A stretch of DNA of 40,418 bases from a bacterium (GTDB taxonomy: Bacteria > Actinomycetota > Humimicrobiia > Humimicrobiales > Humimicrobiaceae), in contig JAJFVM010000240.1 in assembly GCA_021371805.1 (NCBI GenBank), positions 1 through 40,418 of the forward strand, in the 5' to 3' direction. The position numbers and the translations under genes are program-made. The notes under the pieces were generated by a model. That model searched no databases. It had not been told where the DNA came from and worked only from the letters and a program-made list of their open reading frames with translations. Shown here one piece after another: positions 29,755-39,863 of this stretch (positions within the stretch are counted from its first letter, which is position 1; every line of letters starts with the position of its first letter).

Positions 29755-30810
29755 CTAATAAACCTTTACCTGTGTTCCGGAAGGAACAGTTTCATAAAGC
29801 CATTTAGCCTCATTGAGATCAAGCCTTACGCATCCATGACTTACCGGTTTCCCAAGATTTTGCTGATCTTCCTCAATTAAATTGCCTTTTTTATCAAATG
29901 GAGTACTATGAAACAGATACGAGTTAAAAAACCTGACAAAGTAATATGCTCCGACATCATATTCCGGCAGCCAGGAATATTTGATTTTATCGCTGATTTT
30001 AAAAATGCCCTTTGGCGTAGGAGACTGCGGAGCTCCGCTTGAACAAATAATCTCTTTCAGCAGATTGTTTTTATAAAAAACTCTTACTTTCTGCTCATTT
30101 AAAGATACTTCTATAAAATAGTTGGAAGGATTTGCTTCATCTGCAACTATGCTTGTTGAACCTTTGTTGATAGTACCGCCGTTCCATGTCAGGCTTACCG
30201 AAGCCGAAGCTTTACCAGATGTATTTTCTGCTTTAACATGTAATTCATAAGATTCACCAGCAAGAAGATTAACCTGCGAAATGTTTTTACCCCACGCACC
30301 ATTGCTGTCATCCTTACTGAAAGAAATCTGGGGTGCAGGATTACCCTTAACTTTTGCTTTTATCCTGTAATAACATAATGAATTATCTTCAAGAATTACA
30401 GGCCCCTCAGTAATTTCAAGAATTAGTTTCGGAGGTGTATTTTCATTTGTGTTCTGAATTGTGTTTAAAGTTGTGCTTGTGGTTGAGGAACTTTCATTAT
30501 CCTGTTTCTGTGTGTTTGCAGCTTCATTATTATTTAATTCATTATCTGTTTTTGAACCGGTGGAATCAGAATTATTATCCTCTCCCTTAATCTGGCTGCC
30601 GGAAGTTGCCGAATTTCCGGAAGTATTTGAATCAGGTTTATTGCCTGATGAATTTTCGATACCTCCTGAAGAATTATTGTTATTTAAATTTTGACTGTCA
30701 AGACCATATTCTGAACAACCGGAAACACTAAGCATCAGAATGATAAGAATGTTTATGATAAATATATGCTTAATTATTTTTTTCAATAATAACCCTTTCT
30801 CCTGGTTCAT
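29755..30810 (-). CDS. L,D-transpeptidase (YkuD domain) lipoprotein with N/S/T-rich linker
   Basis: 351 aa. Lipobox VSGC, roughly 90-aa low-complexity N/S/T-rich linker, a beta-rich middle domain, and a YkuD catalytic motif SHGCVRL near the C-terminus. Confidence 0.85.
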   Translation of the reverse strand: MNQEKGLLLKKIIKHIFIINILIILMLSVSGCSEYGLDSQNLNNNNSSGGIENSSGNKPDSNTSGNSATSGSQIKGEDNNSDSTGSKTDNELNNNEAANTQKQDNESSSTTSTTLNTIQNTNENTPPKLILEITEGPVILEDNSLCYYRIKAKVKGNPAPQISFSKDDSNGAWGKNISQVNLLAGESYELHVKAENTSGKASASVSLTWNGGTINKGSTSIVADEANPSNYFIEVSLNEQKVRVFYKNNLLKEIICSSGAPQSPTPKGIFKISDKIKYSWLPEYDVGAYYFVRFFNSYLFHSTPFDKKGNLIEEDQQNLGKPVSHGCVRLDLNEAKWLYETVPSGTQVKVY

Positions 30811-30996
30811 ATTTTAGATCAATTGAATTTATGTTTTTATAAATTGATATATGATAATACAGATATACAAATATATAAACTGATATTTAAAGTCGTTATT
30901 TTTACATAATCAACGAATTTTTTCAATTTTATTTCAGCAGGAATTTATTATTTTTCTAATGTCATCAATTATATTATTTATATCCCGGAATTTTAC

Positions 30997-32289
30997 TCAA
31001 GTAACCGAAGTCTCAATGATATTATTTAACGCTTCCCTGTAATATTTAAAATCCTGCCATGATACTTCAGGAGGAATAAGATGATCCCCGAACGGAATAT
31101 ACCCTCCCTGTTTTAAAAGCCATTTTACCGGTTCTAAAAATTCATCGATCCTTTTTTTGCCGAATTTTATATCAAGTTTTGGTATTCCACCCATTAATAA
31201 AAAATCAGGATATTTTTTTCTTAAGGATACAACATCCATGCCTGCACTTACTTCCATAGGATACATTCCCGTAACACCGGCTTCTATGAAAAGCGGTACA
31301 AGCTCATTACAATCACCGTCGGTATCAATAAGAAAAGTGTTTATTTTCTTGCTCTTCAAAAACCGTGATATCTTTTTATAGTAAGGAAGAATAAATTCCT
31401 TAATTATTGATGGTGAAAGCATCGAGCCTTTCCCTGAAGATATATCTTCCCACAGGTTGCATAAATCTACATCTGTGTATGAAAGAACTTCTTCCCAGAG
31501 CGCAATCCATATGTCCGTCAGCCTGTCTGAAATATCCTTAACCAGATCCGGCTTATCATAATAAAACATAAACAGGTTTTCATATCCGATAAGATGAGTC
31601 AGGGTTCCAAAAATACCACAGGGATAGCCTCCGAGGGCAAGAGGATAATCTCTGTTTTTGTATTCGATAACAATTTCTTTCCAGTTTTCCGGTAATCTTT
31701 CTTTTATGTTATCAAGTCTCATTCTCTGACTTTTTATTTTATTCCAGCTGTCCCAGTCTTTAATAGGCCAGTCAAGTCCTGAAGGAATAACCTGCTGAAG
31801 TTTTGAAAATCTCCTTGTACAACCGTCAAGGTCAACATAATCAATATATCTTTCATCCTCATTTAGTATTTCAGATTTAAACTGAGGGTAAAATAAATGC
31901 TCCGCACATACAACATTTTGTTGTTTATCCAGGTTAAAAAAATCCTTTATATCATAATCAAGCGCAAATCCCTGAGACGGAAAATATATCCCGCCTCCAA
32001 GTACCGCAATCCCATCTGGCAAAACAAGCTTTTTTTCCGGTTCATCATAGATTTTTTCAAAAAGACTTTTTTTATTCATTAAAAAGTGTTTCCAGACCGT
32101 AGTGTATAAAGATGCAGTTGTATTTATTATATTTGTCGGAACAGTTGGATAATTTTTTAGAGGAAGGCCTTCTTTATACCATCTTTTTACAGCTTGGCCC
32201 CAATAACCAAACTCCCACTTGACTGCTGGGACTTTCTTGCTTAAATTTGTAAACTCAATGAACTTTTCTCTTGTATCCATATAATTCAC
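30997..32289 (-). CDS. uroporphyrinogen decarboxylase (URO-D) family protein of unknown substrate
   Basis: 430 aa. The C-terminal half (WEDISSGKGSMLSP..F.EFILPYYKKI, DTDGDCNELVPLFIEAGVTGMYPMEVSAGMD, GGIPK, GGYIPFGDHLIPPEVS) matches the URO-D/MtaA-like TIM-barrel family as I recall it. A stand-alone gene with 186-nt and 118-nt flanks. Confidence 0.65.
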   Translation of the reverse strand: MNYMDTREKFIEFTNLSKKVPAVKWEFGYWGQAVKRWYKEGLPLKNYPTVPTNIINTTASLYTTVWKHFLMNKKSLFEKIYDEPEKKLVLPDGIAVLGGGIYFPSQGFALDYDIKDFFNLDKQQNVVCAEHLFYPQFKSEILNEDERYIDYVDLDGCTRRFSKLQQVIPSGLDWPIKDWDSWNKIKSQRMRLDNIKERLPENWKEIVIEYKNRDYPLALGGYPCGIFGTLTHLIGYENLFMFYYDKPDLVKDISDRLTDIWIALWEEVLSYTDVDLCNLWEDISSGKGSMLSPSIIKEFILPYYKKISRFLKSKKINTFLIDTDGDCNELVPLFIEAGVTGMYPMEVSAGMDVVSLRKKYPDFLLMGGIPKLDIKFGKKRIDEFLEPVKWLLKQGGYIPFGDHLIPPEVSWQDFKYYREALNNIIETSVT

Positions 32290-32407
32290 CCTTTTTAAGA
32301 AGAATTAGTTTAATAAACTTGCCATATATTATTTTTTATTAACAAATTTAAATTGTTTCATCAATAAATCTTTTTTATATTGCAATTATATAATTATTCA
32401 TCTGTTG

Positions 32408-32827
32408 CTACTTCTCGCTGCTGCCAAGATTTACTAATATTTTGCCGAGTATCCCGTTTACGAACTTTGGTGTTTCTTCTTTCTGCCCAAGTATTTTTGC
32501 AATTTCAATCGCTTCATCTATGGAAACTTTCAGGGGAATTTCTTCCTCAAAAAGCATTTCGTAAATAGCCATTCTTAAAATATTTCTGTCTATTATTGAT
32601 ATTCGGTCCAATGTCCAGTTTTCAACAACATGTCTTATTTGATTGTCGATTTCATTTTTGTTTTTTTCGACCCCTACGACCAATTTGATTGTAAATTCAT
32701 CTATGTGCTTCTGAAAATCCATTTCGGAGCTTATGATCTTTCCGACTTCTTTTTTAAGCAAATCACTTTGATAAAGCAATATAACTGCTTTTATTCTTGA
32801 TTTTCTTCTTTTGGTTGTCTTTATCAT
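32408..32827 (-). CDS. nusB: transcription antitermination factor NusB
   Basis: 139 aa. Typical NusB sequence (RIKAVILLYQ, W.LDRISIIDRNILRMAIYEM, ID EAIEIAK). Confidence 0.9.
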   Translation of the reverse strand: MIKTTKRRKSRIKAVILLYQSDLLKKEVGKIISSEMDFQKHIDEFTIKLVVGVEKNKNEIDNQIRHVVENWTLDRISIIDRNILRMAIYEMLFEEEIPLKVSIDEAIEIAKILGQKEETPKFVNGILGKILVNLGSSEK

Positions 32828-32867
32828 TTTTGCTTTTGAATTTTTAAAAAATTTAAAATTTATTAAA

Positions 32868-33422
32868 CTAAACCCGTGTTATATATTCTCCCGATCGTGT
32901 ATCAACCCTTATAAGGTCACCGTTTTCAATAAATAAAGGTACCTGCACCTTTGCCCCTGTTTCAATTTCGGCAGGTTTAAAGGAACTGCTCACGGTATCA
33001 CCCTTTATGCCCGGTTCGGTAGCCGTAACCTTCACCTCAATAAAAGTCGGCAAATCTACGGAAATTGCATTGCCTTTATAAAAAACCATCGTTACTTCCA
33101 TATTTTCCTGAAGATAATATTTCTTATCTCCAATCTGTTTTTCATCAAGAGATACCTGTTCATAACTTGAATTATCCATAAAATTATAAAGCTCGTCTTT
33201 ATAAAGATACTGCATTTTTCTTGTCTCAAGAATTGCCTGATCCAGTTTTTCCCCGGCTCTGAAGGTTTTTTCGAATATGGCGCCGGTCAAAAGATTTTTT
33301 AATTTTGTTCTTACAAAAGCACCGCCTTTACCAGGTTTAACGTGCTGAAAATAAATAACTTCAAGTAAATCTCCTTCATATTCTATCGTAATTCCGTTTT
33401 TAAAATCATTGCTGCTGATCAT
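32868..33422 (-). CDS. efp: elongation factor P
   Basis: 184 aa. Starts MISSNDFKNGITIEYEGDL and contains the loop HVKPGKGGAFVRTKLKN. Confidence 0.96.
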   Translation of the reverse strand: MISSNDFKNGITIEYEGDLLEVIYFQHVKPGKGGAFVRTKLKNLLTGAIFEKTFRAGEKLDQAILETRKMQYLYKDELYNFMDNSSYEQVSLDEKQIGDKKYYLQENMEVTMVFYKGNAISVDLPTFIEVKVTATEPGIKGDTVSSSFKPAEIETGAKVQVPLFIENGDLIRVDTRSGEYITRV

Positions 33423-33545
33423 AAAACAAATCCTTTCAAACTTATTAAAATTAATTTTTTAAAATACTGAAAATAAAATTATTAAAACATTTAACTGAAT
33501 TGAATAATTAAATTAAAATATTTTTTAAAATGAAACACTTATTTT

Positions 33546-33554
33546 ATTATACCA
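33546..33554 (-). promoter_or_regulatory. candidate extended -10 promoter element (TGgTATAAT) upstream of efp
   Basis: Minus strand reads aatagTGgTATAATaaaat, about 125 nt upstream of the efp ATG. A GAAAGGA Shine-Dalgarno lies 8 nt before the ATG. No good -35 element was found. Confidence 0.3.
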
Positions 33555-33576
33555 CTATTATCTTCGGTTAATTTTA

Positions 33577-34692
33577 TTAATAAATCCGGACAATTTCCCT
33601 CGTTGATGAGTATAAATTTTTACAACCCTTTTTTCCTACAATAACCATATCTTCAATCCTTACACCGCCAAATCCTTCAATATATATTCCCGGCTCAATT
33701 GTTAATACCATTCCTTCCTTTAAAATTTCATCATTTTTTGAATTTATCCATGGCGGTTCATGTATTTCAATTCCCACTCCATGTCCAAGCGAATGGCCGA
33801 AACTCTCCCCATACCCTTTTTTTACAATATAATTTCTTGCAATATTATCAAGTTCAAATGCTCTTATCCCCTCTCTGCAATAATCTACCGACATCTGCTG
33901 AGCTTCTTTGACTATCTCATATATCTCTTTAAATTTACTATCCGGCTTTTTGTTTATAAATATTGTTCTTGTAATATCAGAACAATAATTTCCAAATATA
34001 ACACCATAATCCATTAACAGCAGTCCTTCGGTTATTTTTAAATTTTCTGAGGAGTGATGAGGCTTTGAAGAATTAGAGTTATTTGCAACTACGAAGTCAA
34101 AAGATTTTCCTTTCCCTCCGGCACCTATCAAAAATTTCTCTATTTCTATTGCAAATGCGGATTCCGAGTATTTTAAAAAATCTTTATATTTGATATTGCA
34201 AATAAATTTAAAAGATTTATCAGTAAGTTTGCAGGCATTTTTTATTAATTCCTGTTCAAACTTATCCTTTACAGATCTTAATATTTCGACAGGATTTTCA
34301 ATATCCCTGGACTTTATTCCTGCTTTTTTAAGTTCATTTTCTATCCTTAAATACTGATTGTAAGAGATGTAACCAGATTGTATCAGGACTTCTTTAACAT
34401 TATTATTTGTCAGAACTTCCTGTATTAATTTATTTTTATCTCCTGCATAAAGAATAATTTCCAGGTTGTCTATTTTTACTGAATTTTTTGCATCTTCTAA
34501 ATAAATAAAATTCACAAATAAATAATTTTTATTTTCCGTGATCAGCAGGACACTATTCGAGTTTTTGCCAAAGAAGCCCGAAAGATAAAATATGTCTTCT
34601 TCCTTAAATATTAAAATATCCGAAGTTTTTTCAGACCCGGCAATTCTTTTTTTTAAATTATTAATCCTTTTATTAAACTCCGGATTTTTCAT
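33577..34692 (-). CDS. Xaa-Pro aminopeptidase/dipeptidase (M24B)
   Basis: 371 aa. Metal-binding motifs DYGVIFGNYCSDITRT, HSLGHGVGIEIHE, EPGIY and RIED. Conserved position between aroQ and efp. Confidence 0.88.
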   Translation of the reverse strand: MKNPEFNKRINNLKKRIAGSEKTSDILIFKEEDIFYLSGFFGKNSNSVLLITENKNYLFVNFIYLEDAKNSVKIDNLEIILYAGDKNKLIQEVLTNNNVKEVLIQSGYISYNQYLRIENELKKAGIKSRDIENPVEILRSVKDKFEQELIKNACKLTDKSFKFICNIKYKDFLKYSESAFAIEIEKFLIGAGGKGKSFDFVVANNSNSSKPHHSSENLKITEGLLLMDYGVIFGNYCSDITRTIFINKKPDSKFKEIYEIVKEAQQMSVDYCREGIRAFELDNIARNYIVKKGYGESFGHSLGHGVGIEIHEPPWINSKNDEILKEGMVLTIEPGIYIEGFGGVRIEDMVIVGKKGCKNLYSSTREIVRIY

Positions 34693-34701
34693 AAACTAAG
34701 G

Positions 34702-35133
34702 TCAGGATTTTGAAATAAACTGAAGGGCAAGCATATAACCTGAAAGACCAAAACCGCTGATAATACCCATAACTGCAGGTGAAATAACTGAATTTTTTCT
34801 CCAGCTTTCACGGGAAAAAATATTTGACATATGTACTTCAATTGCAGGAATTTTGCAGGCAACCAGAGCATCATGAACTGCATAGCTGTAATGCGTCAAT
34901 GCGCCAGGATTGATTATTATATATTCTTTTACAGCAATACATCCATGAATCTTATCAATAATTGCGCCTTCATGATTTGACTGAAAATATTCCAGATCCA
35001 AATTATTGTTTTCTGCATAAATCAATAGTTTTTCTTCATAAAAATTATCAAAACTTTTATCTCCATAAACATCTTCTTCTCTTTTGCCGGTTAAATTTAA
35101 ATTTGGACCATTTATTATTATTACCTTTTTCAT
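34702..35133 (-). CDS. aroQ: type II 3-dehydroquinate dehydratase
   Basis: 143 aa. Motifs INGPNLNLTGKRE, QSNHEG, IINPGALTHYS and IEVHMSNI. Confidence 0.93.
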   Translation of the reverse strand: MKKVIIINGPNLNLTGKREEDVYGDKSFDNFYEEKLLIYAENNNLDLEYFQSNHEGAIIDKIHGCIAVKEYIIINPGALTHYSYAVHDALVACKIPAIEVHMSNIFSRESWRKNSVISPAVMGIISGFGLSGYMLALQFISKS

Positions 35134-35256
35134 AATTATTTTTTTATTATTTTTGATTTATCAATTTTATCAATATTTTATATTTAAAAACACCATAAAT
35201 TAGCATTAAAAGTTAAATATTTTTATTATTTTGTTAATAATTTTTTCGATTATATA

Positions 35257-36366
35257 TTATTTTATGTTATTTACTATGCTGTTTTTTATAATATCTTCAT
35301 CCAGATTATTATAAATTACAGGTTTATTTAAGTCTTCAAGCAAAATAAATTTATTTTTGCCGGAAATAAATTTTTTGTCAAATTTTAAAGCATTCAATAT
35401 TTCATCTACATCAGTCTTTGTAATAAACTTAGGCAGTTTTAAAATATCATATATGTCTAATATTTTTTTCTTAAATTTTTCATTCAGATAACCCAAACTG
35501 ACAGAGATATCAATAGCGCAAAGAATTCCGATTGCAACGGCTTGACCATGATTAATTTTATCAAATCCTATTGTTTTCTCCAGAGAATGCCCGATTGTAT
35601 GTCCAAAATTCAATAAATTTCTTTCATTTAAGTCAAATTCATCTTTTTCAACAATTTCTGCCTTTATTTTTACGCATTTATAAATAATCTTACCGAACTC
35701 TGTATTATTGACAATATTAAATAGCCGATTTTCATCATTTTTGAAGTCGCCTATTAAATTTAAGACATCATTTATGATTTGAAAATCAAACACCAACCCA
35801 TATTTAACAATTTCACCCAAACCATTGATTATTTCTTTTTCATCCAGGGTTTTTAAAAACTCAGGGTCTGTAATTATCAGATGAGGCTGATAAAAACATC
35901 CTATGATGTTTTTTATTTTTTCAAAATTGACAGCAGTCTTTCCGCCGATACTGCTGTCAATTTGTGAGATTATTGTAGTAGGACAATGAATAAGATTCAT
36001 GCCTCTGCCGAATGTAGCCGCAGCAAAGCCGGCAGTATCACCAACAACACCTCCTCCAAAGGATAATATCACATCGTTTCTATGAGCATTGAAATCCACC
36101 AATTTTGAATAAATATATTTAAGTGTATCAATGTTTTTATATTTCTCACCGTCATTTAGAATTATTTCTTTTATTTTATATTCTCTGCTTATTATATCTT
36201 TTATTATTTTTCCATAAATTCCGTATATTCTTTCATTTGAAACAACTATTATGTTGCCGTTTTTACCAAAATTTTCCTTTATATAATCGCAAAATGATTC
36301 TGTAATATTATTTTTAATATAAATTTTATATTTTCTGTTTAATGTTTTTATTTCTATGGATTTCAT
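35257..36366 (-). CDS. aroB: 3-dehydroquinate synthase
   Basis: 369 aa. Motifs GGGVVGDTAGFAAATFGRGMNLIHCPTT, GGKTAVN and FGHTIGHSLE. Confidence 0.93.
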   Translation of the reverse strand: MKSIEIKTLNRKYKIYIKNNITESFCDYIKENFGKNGNIIVVSNERIYGIYGKIIKDIISREYKIKEIILNDGEKYKNIDTLKYIYSKLVDFNAHRNDVILSFGGGVVGDTAGFAAATFGRGMNLIHCPTTIISQIDSSIGGKTAVNFEKIKNIIGCFYQPHLIITDPEFLKTLDEKEIINGLGEIVKYGLVFDFQIINDVLNLIGDFKNDENRLFNIVNNTEFGKIIYKCVKIKAEIVEKDEFDLNERNLLNFGHTIGHSLEKTIGFDKINHGQAVAIGILCAIDISVSLGYLNEKFKKKILDIYDILKLPKFITKTDVDEILNALKFDKKFISGKNKFILLEDLNKPVIYNNLDEDIIKNSIVNNIK

Positions 36367-36427
36367 TTTAATAAAAATTTATTAACTTAATCTTTAATAA
36401 AAAATATTGAATTTAAACTCTGAATTG

Positions 36428-36946
36428 TTAATGATCATTTAAATAAGTTATAACTTCTTCTTTTATCTGACCAGGATATTTTCCCTCGACTTTGATTTTT
36501 AAATCACAATTATTTTCGTAAACTTCTTTTCTTTCATTCATAATCTGTGCAATTCTTGTTTTTAAATCTCCTTCAACAATTAACAGGGGCCTGTTCTTAA
36601 CATATTTCAATCGTTCATAAGCTTCTTCCACTGTCATAAATAAATACACAACAAAACTGTTCTGCCTTATTTCTTTTATATTATCCTCTTTTTTAAAAAT
36701 ACCGCCCCCACAGGCGAAAACACATTTTTTATTATTATAAATCTTTTTTATTATCCTGCTTTCAGAAGTTCTGAAGTAATCTTCTCCATATTTTTCAAAT
36801 ATTTCCTTTATTGGCAATCCCTCTATATATTCGATCAAATTATCCAGATCTAAAAAAACAAAATTTAAATCATCGGCGAGTATTTTTCCGATTGTGCTTT
36901 TCCCGCACCCCATAAACCCGATTAATGATATATTTTTAACAAACAT
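36428..36946 (-). CDS. aroK: shikimate kinase
   Basis: 172 aa. P-loop GFMGCGKSTIG and the typical D.D..IE and GGG motifs. Confidence 0.9.
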   Translation of the reverse strand: MFVKNISLIGFMGCGKSTIGKILADDLNFVFLDLDNLIEYIEGLPIKEIFEKYGEDYFRTSESRIIKKIYNNKKCVFACGGGIFKKEDNIKEIRQNSFVVYLFMTVEEAYERLKYVKNRPLLIVEGDLKTRIAQIMNERKEVYENNCDLKIKVEGKYPGQIKEEVITYLNDH

Positions 36947-36976
36947 TACAAATGTCTTTCAAAAAAAACAGAATCT

Positions 36977-38152
36977 TTAAATATTTTTTAAGTAATTCAT
37001 GTAGTTTTTATAATTCTCAAGCATTTCAAATATATTATCTTTACCGAATTTATCCTGAATAGCATCTGCTATAACAATGGAAAGCATTGATTCTCCTACC
37101 ACGGAAGCAGCAGGGACCGCGCAGACGTCGGATCTTTCCATCAGGCTGATTTCGCTTTTTTTGGTTTTCATGTTTACTGTTTTTAAACCTGCAGCAGTTG
37201 TAGGTATAGGTTTCATATAAGCTGATATCAATATATCCTCTCCGTTCGTCATGCCGCCTTCAATGCCTCCGGCATTATTTGTTTTTCTAAAAAAACCCTC
37301 TTTCTTATTATAAAAAATTTCATCATGAAAACTGATTCCTGAAGTTTCCGAAGATAAAATACCTTTGCCGATTTCGACAGCTTTTATGGCCGGAATGCTC
37401 ATAATTGCATGAGCAATCTTGGCATCAAGTCTTCTGTCCCACTGACAGTATGAACCAAGACCGGCAGGAATTCCTTTGGCAAATAATGTAAATTTACCTC
37501 CGAGTGTGCTTCCTTTTTTGGCAGCAATCTCGATAGTTTTTTTCATTTTCTCTGAAATAAATTCATCAGGACATCTCACTTCTGATTTTTCAGCAAGAAT
37601 AAATAATTTTTCATCAAATTTATTAAATGTATTTTTAAAATTTGCTTTTATGCCGCCAATCTGTTCGACAAAACTATATATATAAATTCCGAAAGATTTA
37701 AGCAATATTTTTGCAAAACCGCCCACTGCAACTCTTATTGCTGTTTCCCTTGCGCTGCTGCGTTCAATAACATTTCTGATATCATCAAATCTATATTTAA
37801 TATAACCTGAGAAATCTGCATGACCTGGTCTTGGATTTAATATCTTTTCTATATCATTATCACAGCAAAGACCACTGCTGCTTACAGACATCTTTTTTTT
37901 CCAGTTTTCCCAGTCCTTATTGTGAATTAAAAAAGATATCGGAGAACCTATGGTTGCCCCATATCTTATTCCGGAGAGAATTTCAAGCCTGTCTTTTTCA
38001 ATAGCCATTCTTTCCCCGCGGCCATAACCCGACTGTCTTCTTTTTAATTCATTCCCGATAAAATCGAAGTCGATATCAACTCCTGAAGGATAATCGTCAA
38101 TTATCCCCGAGAGTGCTTTTCCGTGCGATTCACCTGAACTTAAAAATCTCAT
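36977..38152 (-). CDS. aroC: chorismate synthase
   Basis: 391 aa. Motifs SGESHGKAL, RRQSGYGRG.RM, RPGHADF and ERSSARETA. Confidence 0.95.
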   Translation of the reverse strand: MRFLSSGESHGKALSGIIDDYPSGVDIDFDFIGNELKRRQSGYGRGERMAIEKDRLEILSGIRYGATIGSPISFLIHNKDWENWKKKMSVSSSGLCCDNDIEKILNPRPGHADFSGYIKYRFDDIRNVIERSSARETAIRVAVGGFAKILLKSFGIYIYSFVEQIGGIKANFKNTFNKFDEKLFILAEKSEVRCPDEFISEKMKKTIEIAAKKGSTLGGKFTLFAKGIPAGLGSYCQWDRRLDAKIAHAIMSIPAIKAVEIGKGILSSETSGISFHDEIFYNKKEGFFRKTNNAGGIEGGMTNGEDILISAYMKPIPTTAAGLKTVNMKTKKSEISLMERSDVCAVPAASVVGESMLSIVIADAIQDKFGKDNIFEMLENYKNYMNYLKNI

Positions 38153-38447
38153 AATATTTTATTTAATCGTAATAAATTTTGTTTATATATATTGTTATTA
38201 TTTCGTCGTCTCTTAAAAGCACTATGGAATCTGCATTTATTGTCTTAAGCTAATATATTTTTCCAAATAAATCATTTCTTAGCCTGTATACTGAATCATT
38301 ATGATTTATTTCATTATAAAATGCACCATCTTATAATTTTTTTACAATGAGTTTATTCTATATAAGTCTAAATCCAACCCTACTTCAAGCATCTTTAATC
38401 CTGTTTTGTATTTTTCTCAAGTAACTTTTTTATAAATGAATTATTTT

Positions 38448-39200
38448 TTATATAAAACCAATATACCATTTAATAATTTTATCACCAAAAAATAAAGCAA
38501 TAATACATCCTAATGAAATAAATGGACCGAACGGCATGGTTTGTTTTAATTTTTTCTTCCTTATTGCAATCATTAACAATCCGAATATTGAACCCGTTAA
38601 AAACCCTATAAACAGACCTGGAATAATTTTTTCAACTAAGAAGGATCCAGCCATTAAACTTAGCTTTACATCACCCATACCCATACCTTTGGGATAAATC
38701 ATGTTTATTATAAGCATAAACAAGAATGCGCCAAAGGCAAATGCAAGAACTACCCACCACCTGTTTGGTATTAAAAATATGTTAATTAATAAACCTATGA
38801 TTGCAAACGGCAGGACTATTATATTTGGTATTACTTCATTTTCAATATCGGTAAAAGATATTATTATTAATCCTGAAATCATAATTATCGACAACAGCAA
38901 ATGAAAACTTATCCCAAAAAAATAATAACTTACTGCAAAAAGAAATGAGGTTAATGCTTCAACTACAGGATATCTTATCGGAATTTTATTCTTACAATTG
39001 CGGCACCTGCCTTTTAAAATAATATATGATAACAAAGGTATATTGTCATAAAATTTTATTCTTGAGTTGCAGGCAGGACAAAAAGATGAATGTGATACAA
39101 CCGGTATTTTCCCCGGAAGTCTGGAGATTACAACATTTAGAAAACTTCCGATAACAAGACCCAGAATAATTAATATTATATAATAAATTATATTGCTCAT
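38448..39200 (-). CDS. pilD: prepilin peptidase (A24 family)
   Basis: 250 aa. N-terminal CPACNS...CRNC zinc motif, polytopic, catalytic-Asp context GMGMGDVKL, and a C-terminal PFGPF. Confidence 0.9.
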   Translation of the reverse strand: MSNIIYYIILIILGLVIGSFLNVVISRLPGKIPVVSHSSFCPACNSRIKFYDNIPLLSYIILKGRCRNCKNKIPIRYPVVEALTSFLFAVSYYFFGISFHLLLSIIMISGLIIISFTDIENEVIPNIIVLPFAIIGLLINIFLIPNRWWVVLAFAFGAFLFMLIINMIYPKGMGMGDVKLSLMAGSFLVEKIIPGLFIGFLTGSIFGLLMIAIRKKKLKQTMPFGPFISLGCIIALFFGDKIIKWYIGFI

Positions 39201-39402
39201 TTCCCCCCGTGCTACATATTTTTTGTTTAATTGCTAATTTTTGATCAAGATATTTTACAGTAATTCATGATGCATATAGGGAAATAGATATTTGTACTTT
39301 TGTATATTAACACACATGCTGTCAATAGTAAACAATTTATAATAAAAGGGACTCAAAAGCCTATGATTTTATTATTTTAAACTAAATTTTTGTGCTTAAA
39401 AA

Positions 39403-39828
39403 TTATTTATAAGCACCTGTACTGGTTTGCTGACCATTTGTCCAGACAATATCATCTTTGGTTGTAGCTTTATTTTTACCATTGCTTGTTAAAGTATAGG
39501 TTGCCTGGTCAGTTCCTGCCGCATAAACATAAGCATTATTCCATTTATCGGTTAAAGGAACTGCCGTCATGTAACCGTCTTTCTGTAAATCGGTGTTCCA
39601 GGTAACAGTTGCGGGATAATTTCCCTGATCTGCGTTATATAGTTCAAGAGCTGTAGTGATATTTGCCATTTCCGCTTCTGTTCCTGCTTCTCTTACTCTA
39701 TTTCTCATTGATAAATAACTTGGAATTGCTACTGCGGCAAGTACTGCAAAAATTACCATTACTACCAACAGCTCAATTAATGTAAAACTCCCTTCCTTTC
39801 TGTATAATTTGTTTAATAACCACTTCAT
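39403..39828 (-). CDS. type IV pilin / GspG-like pseudopilin (prepilin-type N-terminal cleavage/methylation domain)
   Basis: The track ORF extends to 39867. I prefer the ATG at 39828..39826 because GGAGG (39841..39837) lies 8 nt upstream. Product is MKWLLNKLYRKEGSFTLIELLVVMVIFAVLAAVAIPSY..., with a GspG-like globular part (ALELYNADQGNYP, DKWNNAYVY, TLTSNG). Confidence 0.85.
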   Translation of the reverse strand: MKWLLNKLYRKEGSFTLIELLVVMVIFAVLAAVAIPSYLSMRNRVREAGTEAEMANITTALELYNADQGNYPATVTWNTDLQKDGYMTAVPLTDKWNNAYVYAAGTDQATYTLTSNGKNKATTKDDIVWTNGQQTSTGAYK

Positions 39829-39863
39829 TCCTCTTGCCTCCTTTACAACTCCTGAAGTTCGTT

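Noticed and set aside
34689-34883. Minus-strand ORFs overlapping real genes out of frame: 34689..34883 inside aroQ, 39773..39967 across the pilin/pilT junction, and 597..791 inside the 472..861 gene.
   Set aside because: They overlap genes with strong family signatures in another frame, and their products are motif-free. They are treated as spurious.
38163-38327. A possible decayed gene in the 295-nt aroC-pilD spacer: 55 codons on the minus strand (DGAFYNEINHNDSVYRLRNDLFGKIY*LKTINADSIVLLRDDEIITIYINKIYYD*) with one in-frame TAG.
   Set aside because: There is no start codon and no recognisable family. Two stop-free runs of about 27 codons are not statistically surprising across six frames, even at this AT content.
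39392-39416. A hairpin overlapping the pilin stop codon (GUGCUUA...UAAGCAC, extendable to 11 positions with one mismatch), considered as an intrinsic terminator.
   Set aside because: The stem is mostly A-U and is followed on the coding strand by AAAAAUUUAG rather than a U-tract. It is not a convincing rho-independent terminator.
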